In this document: one piece after another, positions 26,270 through 38,249 of the stretch | How positions within the stretch are numbered: the first letter of the stretch is position 1 | Layout: each line of letters opens with the position of its first letter | Assembly: GCA_012295275.1 (NCBI GenBank) | Contig: CM022671.1 | Location: forward strand, 13,392,001 to 13,456,000 | Length of the DNA: 64,000 nucleotides | Source of the DNA: Chrysomallon squamiferum | Taxonomy: Eukaryota; Animalia; Mollusca | Direction: 5' to 3' | Translations under genes and position numbers: made by a program | Notes under the pieces: model-generated | What the model was told of the DNA's origin: nothing | Database searches by the model: none | What the model saw: only the letters and a program-made list of their open reading frames with translations

Positions 26270-28056
26270 ATGCTCTTGTGCTACCTGTCTTCGTTTTTCT
26301 TTCTGGGTAAGTTAAAATAAAGCTCCATACAGTAAATGATGATAATTAATTAAATAATTAAACGTCTATGGGTGAACCACTACTGGAAAACTGTTTTCTT
26401 GTATCCTTCTCATTTTATGCCTGTATGTGTATCTTTCTCTCTATCTGTTTACCTCTTTCTATAGATATATCTCTTTATTTATCCTCCTCTATTTGTCTAC
26501 TTCTCTGTCTATCTAAATCTTTATCTGTCTCTTTTTTTATATTATCTATCGATTTTATCTATCTGTATATTTATTATATATTTTATCGATCACAGTCTGT
26601 TTATCAATCAGCGTATCCATCCATATATCAATCAATTAATCAGTCAGTCTACCAAAGCGCGAGTGTGTTTGTGTCTGTTTGTGTACGTGTATGAAATATA
26701 CCAGACTGCTTATCTATATACATTTCCTTCTTTCTCACACATTTGTATGTTTGTGGAAAAATTAAAAATTAAAATAAAGAAACTACCTGTTTTCAGTTAT
26801 TCGTTATTTGTGGTTTCAGGTCAAGCTTTCGCTATTTCAGAATGTCTTCCTCGTATGGCTGATACTTGTCCACATAGAGGGATGCTAATGGATCGTATGA
26901 CTCTTATAGAACCCTCAGAAATATATCAGCAATGTAGGTGAGTTTACGTTTTGATTATTTAAGTGGGACTCAAGAAAGTTTTTACGACGTCTTAACTGAT
27001 GTTACAGTTAATTTCCACCAAATTCTAAACACTCCTAAAAACATGCAACCTCCAAGCACTTACACACCCATAAACACCTAAACAAAAACACACATATACT
27101 TACGCCTTCATGCCAACACGCACACACGCACATACGCTCAAACACATACACACATACATACACTTATATTAATTTATTTTCAGGAAATATTCTGAATATT
27201 TTGACTGCATGACAAAGTATGTTGGTGGCTGTGATTACCTTTCTAAGTTGAAATGGGTACCTCATTACCGGGTGTTTCAGTACATCTGTAGTGCTGGGAA
27301 GACAGGTAAGAGACCATTGACCCAAATAAAACAACAACAACAAAAAAACGTTATTCAGAACATTTTATATCATCATTCACAATTATGAACATACAGTTAT
27401 TATTATTATTACTCCTAAGGTAATGTATGTTGTTGTTGTTTATATTTTTCATAAAATAAAGACAAAAAAAAAGGGGGGGATATTCTTGACGGTACTTCTG
27501 ATTGCTGCAGACGACTGCAGAAGTTGTTCATCATTTTTTGTTCGTTTTTTTTTCCCCCTCACAAGTTCCTTACTGCCATTGTTCTTTTTTTTCTTTCTAA
27601 AAGGACCTTTTTTTATTTTTTTATTTTCAGCCTATCTGAGCTATGCACAATGTTGGAACGAAATAACAAAAAGGAATCTTGTTGTGTGCAACCAAAAGAT
27701 GAAACGCGAATTAAACGACTTATGTAGGTTGGTGCTTTTATTTTCGTCACTATTCTCCGTTTCTTATTTGTACATGGCCGTATTAATTAACAATTTTTTA
27801 TTTTTTATTATTTTTTATACAAAAGATTTTACTTTACAAATCTCTATTCCAACAGAAATGATATCCATTGAATCAATTCGTTTATGTCTGCGGTTACCGT
27901 CTGAAGTCTACCAACATTTTTGTGATGAAATACATAACTGAATTCGAAGACATGAGACATCAAACAGATTTATCGGGGATTGAGTGTTTTTGCTTCATTT
28001 AAAAAACAGTTTAGTACGGCCATGTTGTAGCTAACTTTCTAGACATTCTAAGATAA

Positions 28057-28089
<33 letters not shown>

Positions 28090-28979
28090 TTAAAAAGTTT
28101 ATGCTTATAATAAAACAATTTACAGAAGTTTGCGAAACTACCCTTTGTGTGCAGAAACCAGTGTTAGCCCGATCTGCAGACATAATGCTGGAAAGATACT
28201 GAACAAAATTGCAACGTTATATGTCTATACACTTCAAAAAACATTCAGATGCACGCTTAATAATAAAGGTAAGTTTTTAAAACGCACATATTGCTCACAG
28301 ACACACAGACACCCCCACATACACAGACAGTCAGACTTTGAATATAAAATATTTATGGTTGTTAGAGAAAAACAATTAGCGTATAGGTTAGTGAATACAT
28401 ATCAGATTATGCCTTTTATAGATGTATTAGGTGTGTAAGTAATAAAAACAAATGTTTCAATACAGTCAATTTAGTTTCATAGTATATATCAGATTATCCG
28501 TGTTTCAAATACATTATGATTTATGATATTTTTAAATATTACTTAAAAATTAATGTACCATATAAATGTTATTTGATACTTTGCTGATATTTCATAATAT
28601 AAAGATTAGCACATACATACTTGTATATAACCTGCTATGCACAAATATGTGTGACTAATAATATATACTCACTGAAATCAATTAAAATTTTAATATTTTT
28701 AATTAACAAAATGTTAACACAAATATGATTTAACATACTGCAGATTATTCAATGACGGATACTGAGCTGAACTCTACTAATAATTATTTAGTGAACAGCA
28801 CTGTCACACTAGCGACAACTGCAAACACGACTTTTGTCTCAGTCAACACAACGTTATTGAATGAAACAATGACAGGCACAACTCCAAAAGGCTGTTCCGG
28901 AAACATCGTCAGCGCAAGGGGCTTGACGTTTCTTATAATCCTTGTTAACATCTGCATGCTGCACTGGTGTTTTACTTAA
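26270..28979 (+). CDS. Secreted Cys-rich protein with Ser/Thr/N-glycan stalk and C-terminal hydrophobic (GPI-like) signal, ~250 aa, 6 exons
   Basis: Exons 26270(or 26189)-26306, 26820-26937, 27184-27305, 27631-27727, 28126-28268, 28744-28979 are all GT-AG, phase-consistent and open. The protein reads MLLCYLSSFFFLGQAFA|ISECLPRMADTC...QQCRKYSEYFDCMTKYVGGC...YICSAGKTAYLSYAQCWNEI...VCNQK...DLCRSLRNYPLCAETSVSPIC...FRC, then an NST/NTT/NET-rich stalk ending SGNIVSARGLTFLIILVNICMLHWCFT. Confidence 0.8.
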
Positions 28980-29009
28980 ACAAACCATAAGAATAAACTG
29001 AAATAATAA

Positions 29010-29475
29010 TAATAATAATAAATTCCTTCATTCTGTTAACATTTCTTCTAAAATGTCGTAGCTTTGTTGATCTAAATCATGAGAGTTCAATATTTTCAAG
29101 AATTTTTTTTATTATTATTATTATTAGTAGTAGTAGTAGTAGTAGTAGTTGTAGTAATAGTAGTAATATTGAAAGACATTTTCTTGTATTACTGTTATCT
29201 TGAATGTATCAGTTACTATTACCCAACAATAAATAAATCCTATAAATATAAAGAAATACTTTTGGACTTCACCATAAAAAAAAGTTTAGTTTCGCCATTG
29301 CGGATCTTCCAAAATATTCTGTAATAACAACAAGAAAAACAACAAATATAATAATAAACAAGATGTGATACGCACAAACATTTTTATAGATATTTTATAA
29401 ACATACGCAGTCATAGAGATACAAAATGTTAAGAAATAAATTGGTGAACCAATACTATAAAATACTAAAGTATTA
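29010..29475 (+). repeat. Diverged direct duplicate of ~38250-38750
   Basis: Shared blocks include 'tagtaatattgaaagaca', 'ttactgttatcttgaatgtatcag.tactattacccaa', 'ttttataaacata' and 'ggtgaacca.tactataaaatactaa'. Confidence 0.85.
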
Positions 29476-30424
29476 TCAAGACCTGTCTGAAGAGAAACAG
29501 CACAAACGGAAAATGTCAAGTCTTATCTTTGTGTTTACTGCAGGAATGTTACCATGTATTGCGAAAAAAACCTCACGAAGTAATGGTTTAATCTCAATCG
29601 GAAGTACCTTGGGTAGTGGCAGTCTCGTTATGTTTCTCCGAACATCTTTCGCGAACATCATTCATACGTTTTAGGCTCATGGGTTAGTTCTTCGAGATTT
29701 CTCCATATAATCAGTCTCGAGCAAACAAAAGTTAAATACCTAGGTCTCACTTGTGTTCCAATATGAAAACATTTCCCGAAAGTCTAGAACACCTTGATGA
29801 AAAAAAGTATGTAAAGTCTCTTGACCATTTCCTAGCAACCTAGAACCCTTATCGGAAAGAGAAATATTTCATCTTTTGAATAACAGACCTGAACTGATAC
29901 AGCTACACAACCTCTGTCGAACCAGACGTTAAGTCATGGCCATTGAAATCGATTCACTCCCGAATCAGAAAGCGACTAATCAAACCGATTCTCAGCAACA
30001 TGAACCTCATGATTTCTGTTTGAAGAGATCAAAATGAGCATTCTTTTCATAAGATGTCGACGTAACGGTATAAAATTACGATTTAACTGATTAAAACTGA
30101 GTTGAAATAATATCGGAGCCGCTTACGTGTACATTTTCTGACTACGCCTACTCTACTCCTTTGTTAATAAATCAACTTTGGTTTCACATGTAAATGTTAA
30201 TATACATTACAGAGTTATGAAAACATAATAATGAACATTAGCAACACATATGATGACAATCTCGCACAAGAATGGGCCGTTATAAATCGAGACTTCTTCA
30301 AATAGCAGTGGTGTGCAAAAGGTACCAAAAATATTAAATATTAAAAAAATTAATAAAGTTGGAACTATTTGTCTGACAACTGAAATCAGGATAAAAAGAT
30401 CTAAAATTATAGTTAGGAGACAAT

Positions 30425-30615
30425 TGTTATGTTTTAACATTAAAACATAAAGTTCATTTCAGTTTCCAAACAATTTATTTCGTTTCAAAAATGGCTACGA
30501 ACAAAAACTAACGCACGCACCCGGTGACGTCATATAATACTATCTATCTTATTCCGGTTCCCCTGAACATTGTAAACTGTAATAATGTTAACCATAACAC
30601 CATTTAGATACAACA
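30425..30615 (-). repeat. 3' LTR (191 bp)
   Basis: Begins tgttatg and ends tacaaca. Its first ~74 bp recur at 34650-34723. It abuts the purine tract gaggggaggaag on the minus strand and contains AATAAA (minus) and TGACGTCA. Confidence 0.9.
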
Positions 30616-30935
30616 CTTCCTCCCCTCAAAATTTTCAATTTACCCACAAATTATGTTATATCTAAAATTTTAAAATAAGTTTGTGTGATTTACTAATTAG
30701 TAATAATTAAACAAGTGAACTTTGAACTTAAAAAAAATAAAAATTTGTTTTTTTTCATTGGACACCATAATAGTTCAGTTACAGTTTATCAAGTATGTCC
30801 ATTGGTCACATATGGAACTTCAGATAACAAATATATATTTTTTTTAAATATAATAAAAAATAAAACTAATTCTACAATCTTTCAATGAATTCCATATTAC
30901 ACAGATTCAGATTAAATCACCTTAAATAGTTTCAA

Positions 30936-33900
30936 TCAGTCTTTGATTTGTTTTTCGAGCACGTCTAGGATATCTTGGGGTTGACTGTATTGGTAGTTGC
31001 GGTACATTGTCAACAGTATCGTCAATGGCATTAGAAGAATCCTCGACGGCATTAGATGAACCGTTCTGTTTTTCATCTCAGTCTCTGCCAACTGAACGGT
31101 TGGTTCAACACATTCCATTTCAGACTCAGTACCAACTGCAGACAGTTCTGGGGAAGGGTTCCTATTATCCTCCAAATACACACATTTACGAAGTTGATCC
31201 ATACAAAATCTCCAACTTTCACGTTGTAGGTAACAGGCCCTAGCTGACACAGTACTTTTCCACTCAACCACTTGTCAGATCCTCTGTAGTTCTTCACTTG
31301 TACTGAATCTCCAACACTGATCACCCGTGTTTTACTTGCTTTTGGAATAATTCTCTTTTTAACAGAGTTCTCCAAACTTGGACACAAGATATCCAATCTC
31401 GTTCGAACATGTCTGCCAAGAAACAATTCTGATGGAGTGCATTTTGTATTACAGTGCGGAGTGTTCCGATACGCAAACAAGAATGATGAAATCTTCTGGT
31501 TCATGGTTCGTGACTCATGTTCAACTGTTTTCATTGCAGTTTTGAAAGTACGAACAGCTCTTTCTGCCTCACCATTTGAACTTGGATGGTATGGAGATGA
31601 TTTGATGTGTTTCACTCCATTTTTCTTAAGAAATGTTTCAAATTCCTCAGCAACAAACTGAGGTCCATTATCAGAAATCTGGCATTCCATAACTTGCAAA
31701 GAGATTTCTCAATGTCTCTACTGCATGATTTGCTCTGGTAAAGGACCTTCGAAAAACTTCCATCCATTTAGAATGTGCATCAACCACAATCATGAACATC
31801 TCATTCGTGAATGGTCCAGCAAAATCAACATGTATTCTTTGCCATGGTTTGGTGGGCCAAATCCATGCATTAGCTGTACTTTATGGCATGACTGTTTGTT
31901 GTAGTTGGCAACACTTACATTTGCTAACTTTCTGTTCTATGTCAATATCCATATGAGGCCACCACACATGCAGTCTAGCCAAAGATTTCATTTGCACAAT
32001 TCCAGGATGATTTTCATGAAGATAATACAGAATATCTGTTCGATATTTATCGGGAAAGTTCACTCACATTCCTCTGAGAAGACAGTGTTCCTCCACTGTT
32101 AATTCATCTTTCACTCTGAAATACGGTAACAGCTCAGGTGAAACAGAAGACTCTTTTGGCCATCCATACATGTTATAATGTACAACCTGAGATAACACTT
32201 TGTCAACTTCAGTTGCTTTCGCAATATTTCTTGCAGTGATATCCATTGACTTGATTTCTCATTGCTTGCTTGTCTTCATGCCAAAACACACTTTCAGGTA
32301 TTTCTTCAGTTTGCAGAAGTGGTAGTCGGGACAATGCATCAACATTTCCATTTTTGGTAGTTTTTCTGTACTTAATGTCAAACTGATATGCAGCTAACTG
32401 AATAGCCCAGTGCTGTAGTCGAGAAGCTGTCAGAACAGGAATATTCTTTTTAGGTCCAAGAATCATTGTCAGTGGTTTATGATCTGTGAACAAAGTAAAT
32501 CTTCTACCATACAGGTACTGATGGAACTTGTGTATTCCAAAAATTATTGCCAGTGCTTCTTTCTCAATTTGGGAATACTTGCGTTCTGCTGATGTCAGAG
32601 TTCTAGAAGCATATACTATTGGCCTAACCAATCCTTCATTTCCATGTGATATTACCGCTCAAAGACCATGCGCACATGCATCTACTGCCAACATTACTGG
32701 TTTCATCGAGTCATAGTGGACAAGAATTTTAGATGACGCTTACAGTTTTCCCACTTTGGAAAATGCTTCGAGACAATCATCACTCCATTTCCACTCTGTA
32801 TATTTGGTTAACAACGCTGTTAGCATGTTGGGTACAAACTTGCAATAGTAATTCACAATACCTAACCAAGATTGCAACTCACTATTGTTCTTAGGTTCAG
32901 ACACTTTCAGAATAGCTTCAACTTTTCATTCAGAAGGTTGAATCCCATTTCTATTCACAATAAATGCAAAGTACGCAACTTCATCTTTCGTCAATGTACA
33001 TTTGGACCTTTTCAGTTGAATTCAATATTTTTCCAGGCGTTTCAAAGTGTTTTTCAATGTTTCAAGTGTTCGGTGTCATCCTTTCCAGTGACCATGATGT
33101 TATTCAAAATGTAACCTACACCTTTTAGCCCTTGAAGCACTTTGTCCATAGTTTGCTGAAAAATAGCAGGTGCTGGAGCAACTCCAAATGGCAACCTTGT
33201 ATAGCGATAAAGTCGAAGGTGAGTATTGATTCCTTCAAAGCATAAGGTACTGGTCTAGCCTTGAAAAACTTTGGAGTAGCATCCTCTTTCACTTTCAGAT
33301 GAGCTCTTATGCCTTTTACTGTTCCCAACTCATTTGAAAAAATTGAATATCTACTGAACATATCTTCAGGGTTTCCACAGGCTTTCATAATCTTAATACT
33401 GTTCCAGTCCAACTGAATGTTTTAAAACCAATTCCGTCCAAACAAAGTTGGTCCATTTCCTTTCACCACAATTAAAGGTAAAAAAAAAATTCTGCTTTCC
33501 ATATTTAACAATCACCTCAATTTGCCCAAGGACTGGCACCACTTCATTTGTATAAATTTTCAACACAATCGATGTTGATTTCAATGGCAGTTTTCTTCAA
33601 TTTTTCCTGATAACTCTTATTAGAAATTACTGATACAGAAGCACCTGTATCTACTTCCATTTTGAATGGCACACCATTGAGTTCCAATGAAATTTGAATT
33701 TCTTTCGCTTTCGTAGATATCACTGTGAAAATTGACTGTTCAAAATCACTGTCATTTCTTTCCATTGCAACCTCTTTATTTTCTAGAACAGCTTTTATAA
33801 TTTCTGATTCAGTTTTGTTACTTCCAGATTCTTCATGAACCTCATGAATTTTTAAACCTGTTTCAGATTCAGCATTTTCAATTTCCGAATCACTGGTACC

Positions 33901-34586
33901 ACTTTCTGATTCCGCAAGGTCCCTGTCAGAATCTTGATTCACAACATGAAGTTTATAATTTTTCTTTTTTCCCTTTTCCATCTGTTTACCTTCCCATCTT
34001 TCTATTTTTTTCTTTTGATTTCGACATTTTCTACTCAAATGTCCTGTTTCATTACACTTATAACAGTTTGCCTTTTTGTAAAAACATGCATCAGGATGAT
34101 GATTAGTTTTACCGCACCGGAAGCATCAGTTGTAAGTCATGTTCAGAGAGAAGTTTTATTCTGAATAGACTTTTCAGACAGACCACAGACCAAAATGTCT
34201 CTTAATGCTTCAATAAAAAATGCACCAAATTCACAATGTTCTGTCAATTTTCTAAATTCAGCCAAAAATTCACTTACAGTCTCTCCGGGCTCTTGTTTCC
34301 GTTGATAGAATTTGAACCGTTCCGCAATCACCAAAGGTTCTGGTTTGAGATGATTTCCTATCAAAGTTTTCAATTGTTCCTAAGTCTTACTTGCCGGTTT
34401 CTCAGGCGAAGTCAAACTTCGAATCAACCTGTAAGTCTTGGCACCACATACGGACAACAAAATGGAACGTTGCTTTTCGGCATCGTCTATATCATTCGCC
34501 AACAGATACTGTTCCAAATATTCGATGTATTCATCCCAATCGGAACTTTCTAGGTCAAACTCTTCAACTTTACCGTAGGTAGCCAT
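30936..34586 (-). pseudogene. Disrupted gag-pol (Gag with two CCHC-type knuckles, aspartic protease, RT, RNase H, integrase)
   Basis: Gag: MATYGKVEEFD..WDEYIEYLEQY, IAERFKFYQRKQ, CFRCGKTNHHPDAC/CYKCNETGHLSRKC. PR: VDTGASVSVI. RT: RLPFGVAPAPAIFQ. RH: YASRTLTSAERKYSQIEKEALA, TDHKPL. IN: HENHPG..CKCC, HVDFAGPF, SDNGPQF, PYHPSSNGEAER. Many stops and frameshifts. Confidence 0.93.
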
Positions 34587-34629
34587 ATTTCATAAATAGT
34601 TAATTTCAGGAAACAGTTCAACAAGTGTT

Positions 34630-34647
34630 ATCCCATCCTCGTCGCCA
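34630..34647 (-). other. Primer-binding site complementary to the tRNA-Ser(GCU) 3' end
   Basis: Plus-strand atcccatcctcgtcgcca equals the 3' 18 nt (with CCA) of the conserved metazoan tRNA-Ser(GCU) as I recall it. It lies 2 nt inside the 5' LTR. Confidence 0.85.
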
Positions 34648-34649
34648 AT

Positions 34650-34723
34650 TGTTATGTTTTAACATTAAAACATAAAGTTAATTTCAGTTTCCAAACAATT
34701 TAACTCGTTTCAAAAACCAGCTA
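34650..34723 (-). repeat. Truncated 5' LTR (U5-side only)
   Basis: Matches 30425-~30497 with a few substitutions, then diverges into AT-rich DNA. Confidence 0.85.
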
Positions 34724-35445
34724 TTTTATTTATTTTAAAAATATTTTAAGTATTTGTTTTCGTGCTGGTAACTGAAAACGTATAACGATTTACTGTTAAT
34801 CTATAGAACTAATTAAAACCAGAAAACAGACATTTCAAGTAATGAAATTTTAAACGCGGATTAGGTAGTCCGCATGTGCTTTCCTGTTTTTTTCTTTTCT
34901 GTCGTTAATATTATTTGCTTAATTCTGTGTTTATTTGTTATGAGAATATGTAATGAAACTCCGTTTATTTTTACTTGTATAATCTGCACAGTAATATTCT
35001 GTTTTCCTTGAAATGCATAAATTCTTTTTTTTTTTTTTTTTTTTTTTTTTAATAAACAAGAAATCTTTTAAAAATAATTTAAAATTTATTTAAGAAAAAA
35101 TAACAATCATTTTTTTTATATAACCACATAGTTATAATAATAATTTTTATAATGATGATATTGTTTATGATGATGACGCAGATGATGATATAATAAAAAG
35201 CAATATTCAATAAAAATGTACTGTTCATTTCAGAACAAACATCGATATAATTTCAATTATAATTATTGTTAATTTCTTACAACTGACAGAGTCGGTCTGA
35301 ATTTAATGTTTATGTTGTGATATTTTATTTATTTATTTATTTATTTTAATTTTATTTTTATTATATATATATTTTATTATTACTATGAATATTTTGAATA
35401 TTTTTTTGGCTAAGCTTATTTTTATGTTCTTCATTCTTTTGTTTA

Positions 35446-35494
<49 letters not shown>

Positions 35495-35742
35495 TATTTA
35501 AACAAATAAATAAAATAAAAATAAATAAATAAAAGAAAATATTTTTAAATGACTTACGTGTTGTTATCTTTACAATGAAAAATAAATTTTGTTAGTGTTT
35601 TTTTTTTCAAAATTTCTACGACCTGCAACTAAAAGATAAAAGGCAATTTAAATATTATCGATTAAATGATTATAACAAAACAAATTAATATTAATATATT
35701 TACAGAAGACTATACACAGAATAAAATTTCGCTGTCTCACAT

Positions 35743-37780
35743 TCATATTACAGTTTTAGGATTCACATGTATATTGGTATCTTCCAACTCAAAATATTGC
35801 GGATATTCTTGTGGTGTGGGAACTTGGTATCCCTCCTCATCTGTAACTCCGGCATTCGTCCTAGAATCTTCCTTTGTTTCCTTTAGACTGGAATAACAAT
35901 TTGGCTGGGGAACTTGAAGACATGATCTATCCAAAGGAACATATAATGACTGTTTATTATTCTTGTCGTCTGCTTTCACGTTTCCTTCATTCATGTCTTG
36001 TGAGACGTCATTTTCGTCGCAGACGTCTGGAAAATAACCTGAATTGTCATATGCCACGTCATCATGTAGCCTTATTTGTCCCTTCATTGGTTCCATTTGT
36101 TTTGGACTTACCGCAGGTATGATAACTGTTACCCCGGGTGTCGTTGGCGTTCTTTGTGGAAGTGAACGTCTGTTGATAAAACTATCTCTGTACTCAGGAT
36201 CGCTCTGTAGAAGACATAAAAACAAACATACAAACAAACAAAAAAGTAAATAAATAATTAAAGTATCGTAAGTAAATACATATCTAGGTTGAAGCACATG
36301 CCAATAGTAAGAATTAGATAACTGATAGCATTCATACTGCAGTTTATAAATCGGTGCATTGACATACATTCATAACCAAGTATTTAAATATACATTATTA
36401 AAAATAAATAAACACACAGAGATGCATACATATAAATATGCTTAATATGTACATATTTGCATACAACCATGATCAAACTTACATATACAAACAAAAATTA
36501 TAACATATGTAAATATATGTACTAATATAGGTACTATTTCATTAATCAAGAAACTGTCGTACCATGTTGCTGATATTATCAATTTCCGCGTACTGTTCTT
36601 CGGCATCATTGTATTCAGGGTTACTGATCGGTTTTTTCAAACGTAGAAAAGATATATAATGGCTGAAATTAAAATATTGCTTATGTGTTTTTAGATGATA
36701 TCTAAAAAATATCCGTTCTGATTAAATAAATATAAATTCATCAACAGTTTAATCAGATTCATAAAATAAACGAAATGGATTTGAAAAATAATAATAAAAA
36801 TAACAACAACAACAACAACAACAACAATAATAATAATAATAATGATAATAATAATAACAGCAATGTGCTAGTAGTAAAATAATAAAAAAGAAAAAGAAAA
36901 TAATAATAATAATAAAAAATGAATATATAAATGTTTAATGAATGTATCCTTAGTTTGTAAAAAGCCGTGGTATATGTATTTTCCTTTACGTGGGAAGGTT
37001 CCATTTTTTTCATCTTAAACGTTCTTCTTAAAAAGTTCATTCACTTTACTGTAATTAAATCAAATACCTTTATTTTAAAAAGAGAGAAAGAAAGAAAGAT
37101 CTAACATACCTCAAAGGTTTTTGTTTCTTCAATAGGAAAACTACAATGGCCACAGTAAGTGCAATGACCAACCCACATCCTAAAACGCCGCCAACGATTG
37201 CGCCAGATGGACTCTGTGTTATTGGCTGAAGGGATGTTGTACTTATCGTGGAACCGGTACATTTGTATGCCAGTGCAGAAAGATCGGAATTTTCTGACAC
37301 TAAGAATATAGATATTAACTTGTATTTAATGTTTATACTATATTGATAATTATTTCCTTCTGCATAATATGTCGTAATTCATTTCACCATATTATAAAAG
37401 AACAATGTAAAATATTTTCAAGTTTAATAATTACAAATTTTGTATCTTCCACTATTCACACACGCACGCACACACTTTTATACCAGTAAATGTATATTAT
37501 ACACATGTTTATGTATTTAAGAAATTTTAATTCATAATTATAAACCAACCATTAACGCATCGCCTCCACGGCTGGTTGGGTAAGCATACTTTTTTCCCAA
37601 TAGCTATATCATTTTCGAATTCACAAATTTCATTCATATGATTCCAGAGAAGACCGTTGGCACATGGTCGCAAGAGAAAACTGTATCTGTCAGTTGCACA
37701 TTCATAGTACTTTTGACAGCTACAGGGATCAGGTACTTGATATTTCACCTTGCAAGGATAAGCGATTGGAACACAAGAAT
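35743..37780 (-). CDS. Type I membrane protein with chitin-binding type-2 (CBM14/peritrophin-A-like) domain, TM helix and Tyr-rich cytoplasmic tail; 5' end unresolved
   Basis: Phase-consistent GT-AG exons: 37780-37550 (YPC..VPDPCSCQKYYEC..RPCANGLLWNHMNEICEF..VC), 37299-37110 (S/T linker, TM GAIVGGVLGCGLVIALTVAIVVFLL, KKQK stop-transfer), 36662-36563 (NPEY, YAEI) and 36204-35743 (tail to stop). Candidate upstream exons at 38117-38015 and 38566-38525 are problematic. Confidence 0.75.
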
Positions 37781-37828
37781 CTGTAATACGAAAAAAGATA
37801 CTTGGATATTTTGTGGATTGTGTGTGAC

Positions 37829-37862
<34 letters not shown>

Positions 37863-38249
37863 GGAGACTTTAAACTCCTGAAAACCATTATCCTTTTTTT
37901 CATCAGTGGATAGAGCGAAGAATTCAGATATGACCTATTGCGTCAGTTGACCGTACAGTTCATTTTCAAAAACATAATACGTGTAAAGGGAAATGAACCT
38001 TTATGATCCCATACCTCTAACCGACAACAACCAAGGTGTGGCTTTTCATATTATCGTCATTATTATATCAAAATAATACACAAATGTTCCTTAATAACAG
38101 AATATCTGGCGGTGTTGCTAACAAAAACAAAATAATAATAATAATAATAATAATAACTTTTATGTCATAGCATTTTGTATCTTATGGCTATTTGTGCATT
38201 TATGACTGCATATATTTATAAAATACCTATAAAAAATGTTTGTACATAA

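Larger units (their letters stand above)
30425..34723 (-). mobile_element. Ty3/Gypsy LTR retrotransposon (Mag-clade-like), decayed
   Basis: 3' LTR 30425-30615 (TG...CA), PPT 30616-30627, a gag-pol in PR-RT-RH-IN order, PBS 34630-34647 and a partial 5' LTR 34650-34723. Confidence 0.95.

Noticed and set aside
36759-37048. ORF MNFLRRTFKMKK as a cytoplasmic exon of the chitin-binding protein
   Set aside because: The phase-compatible frame stops after 11 codons. The region resembles a SINE core (aaagccgtggtat) plus triplet microsatellites, and exon 36662-36563 continues the frame cleanly.
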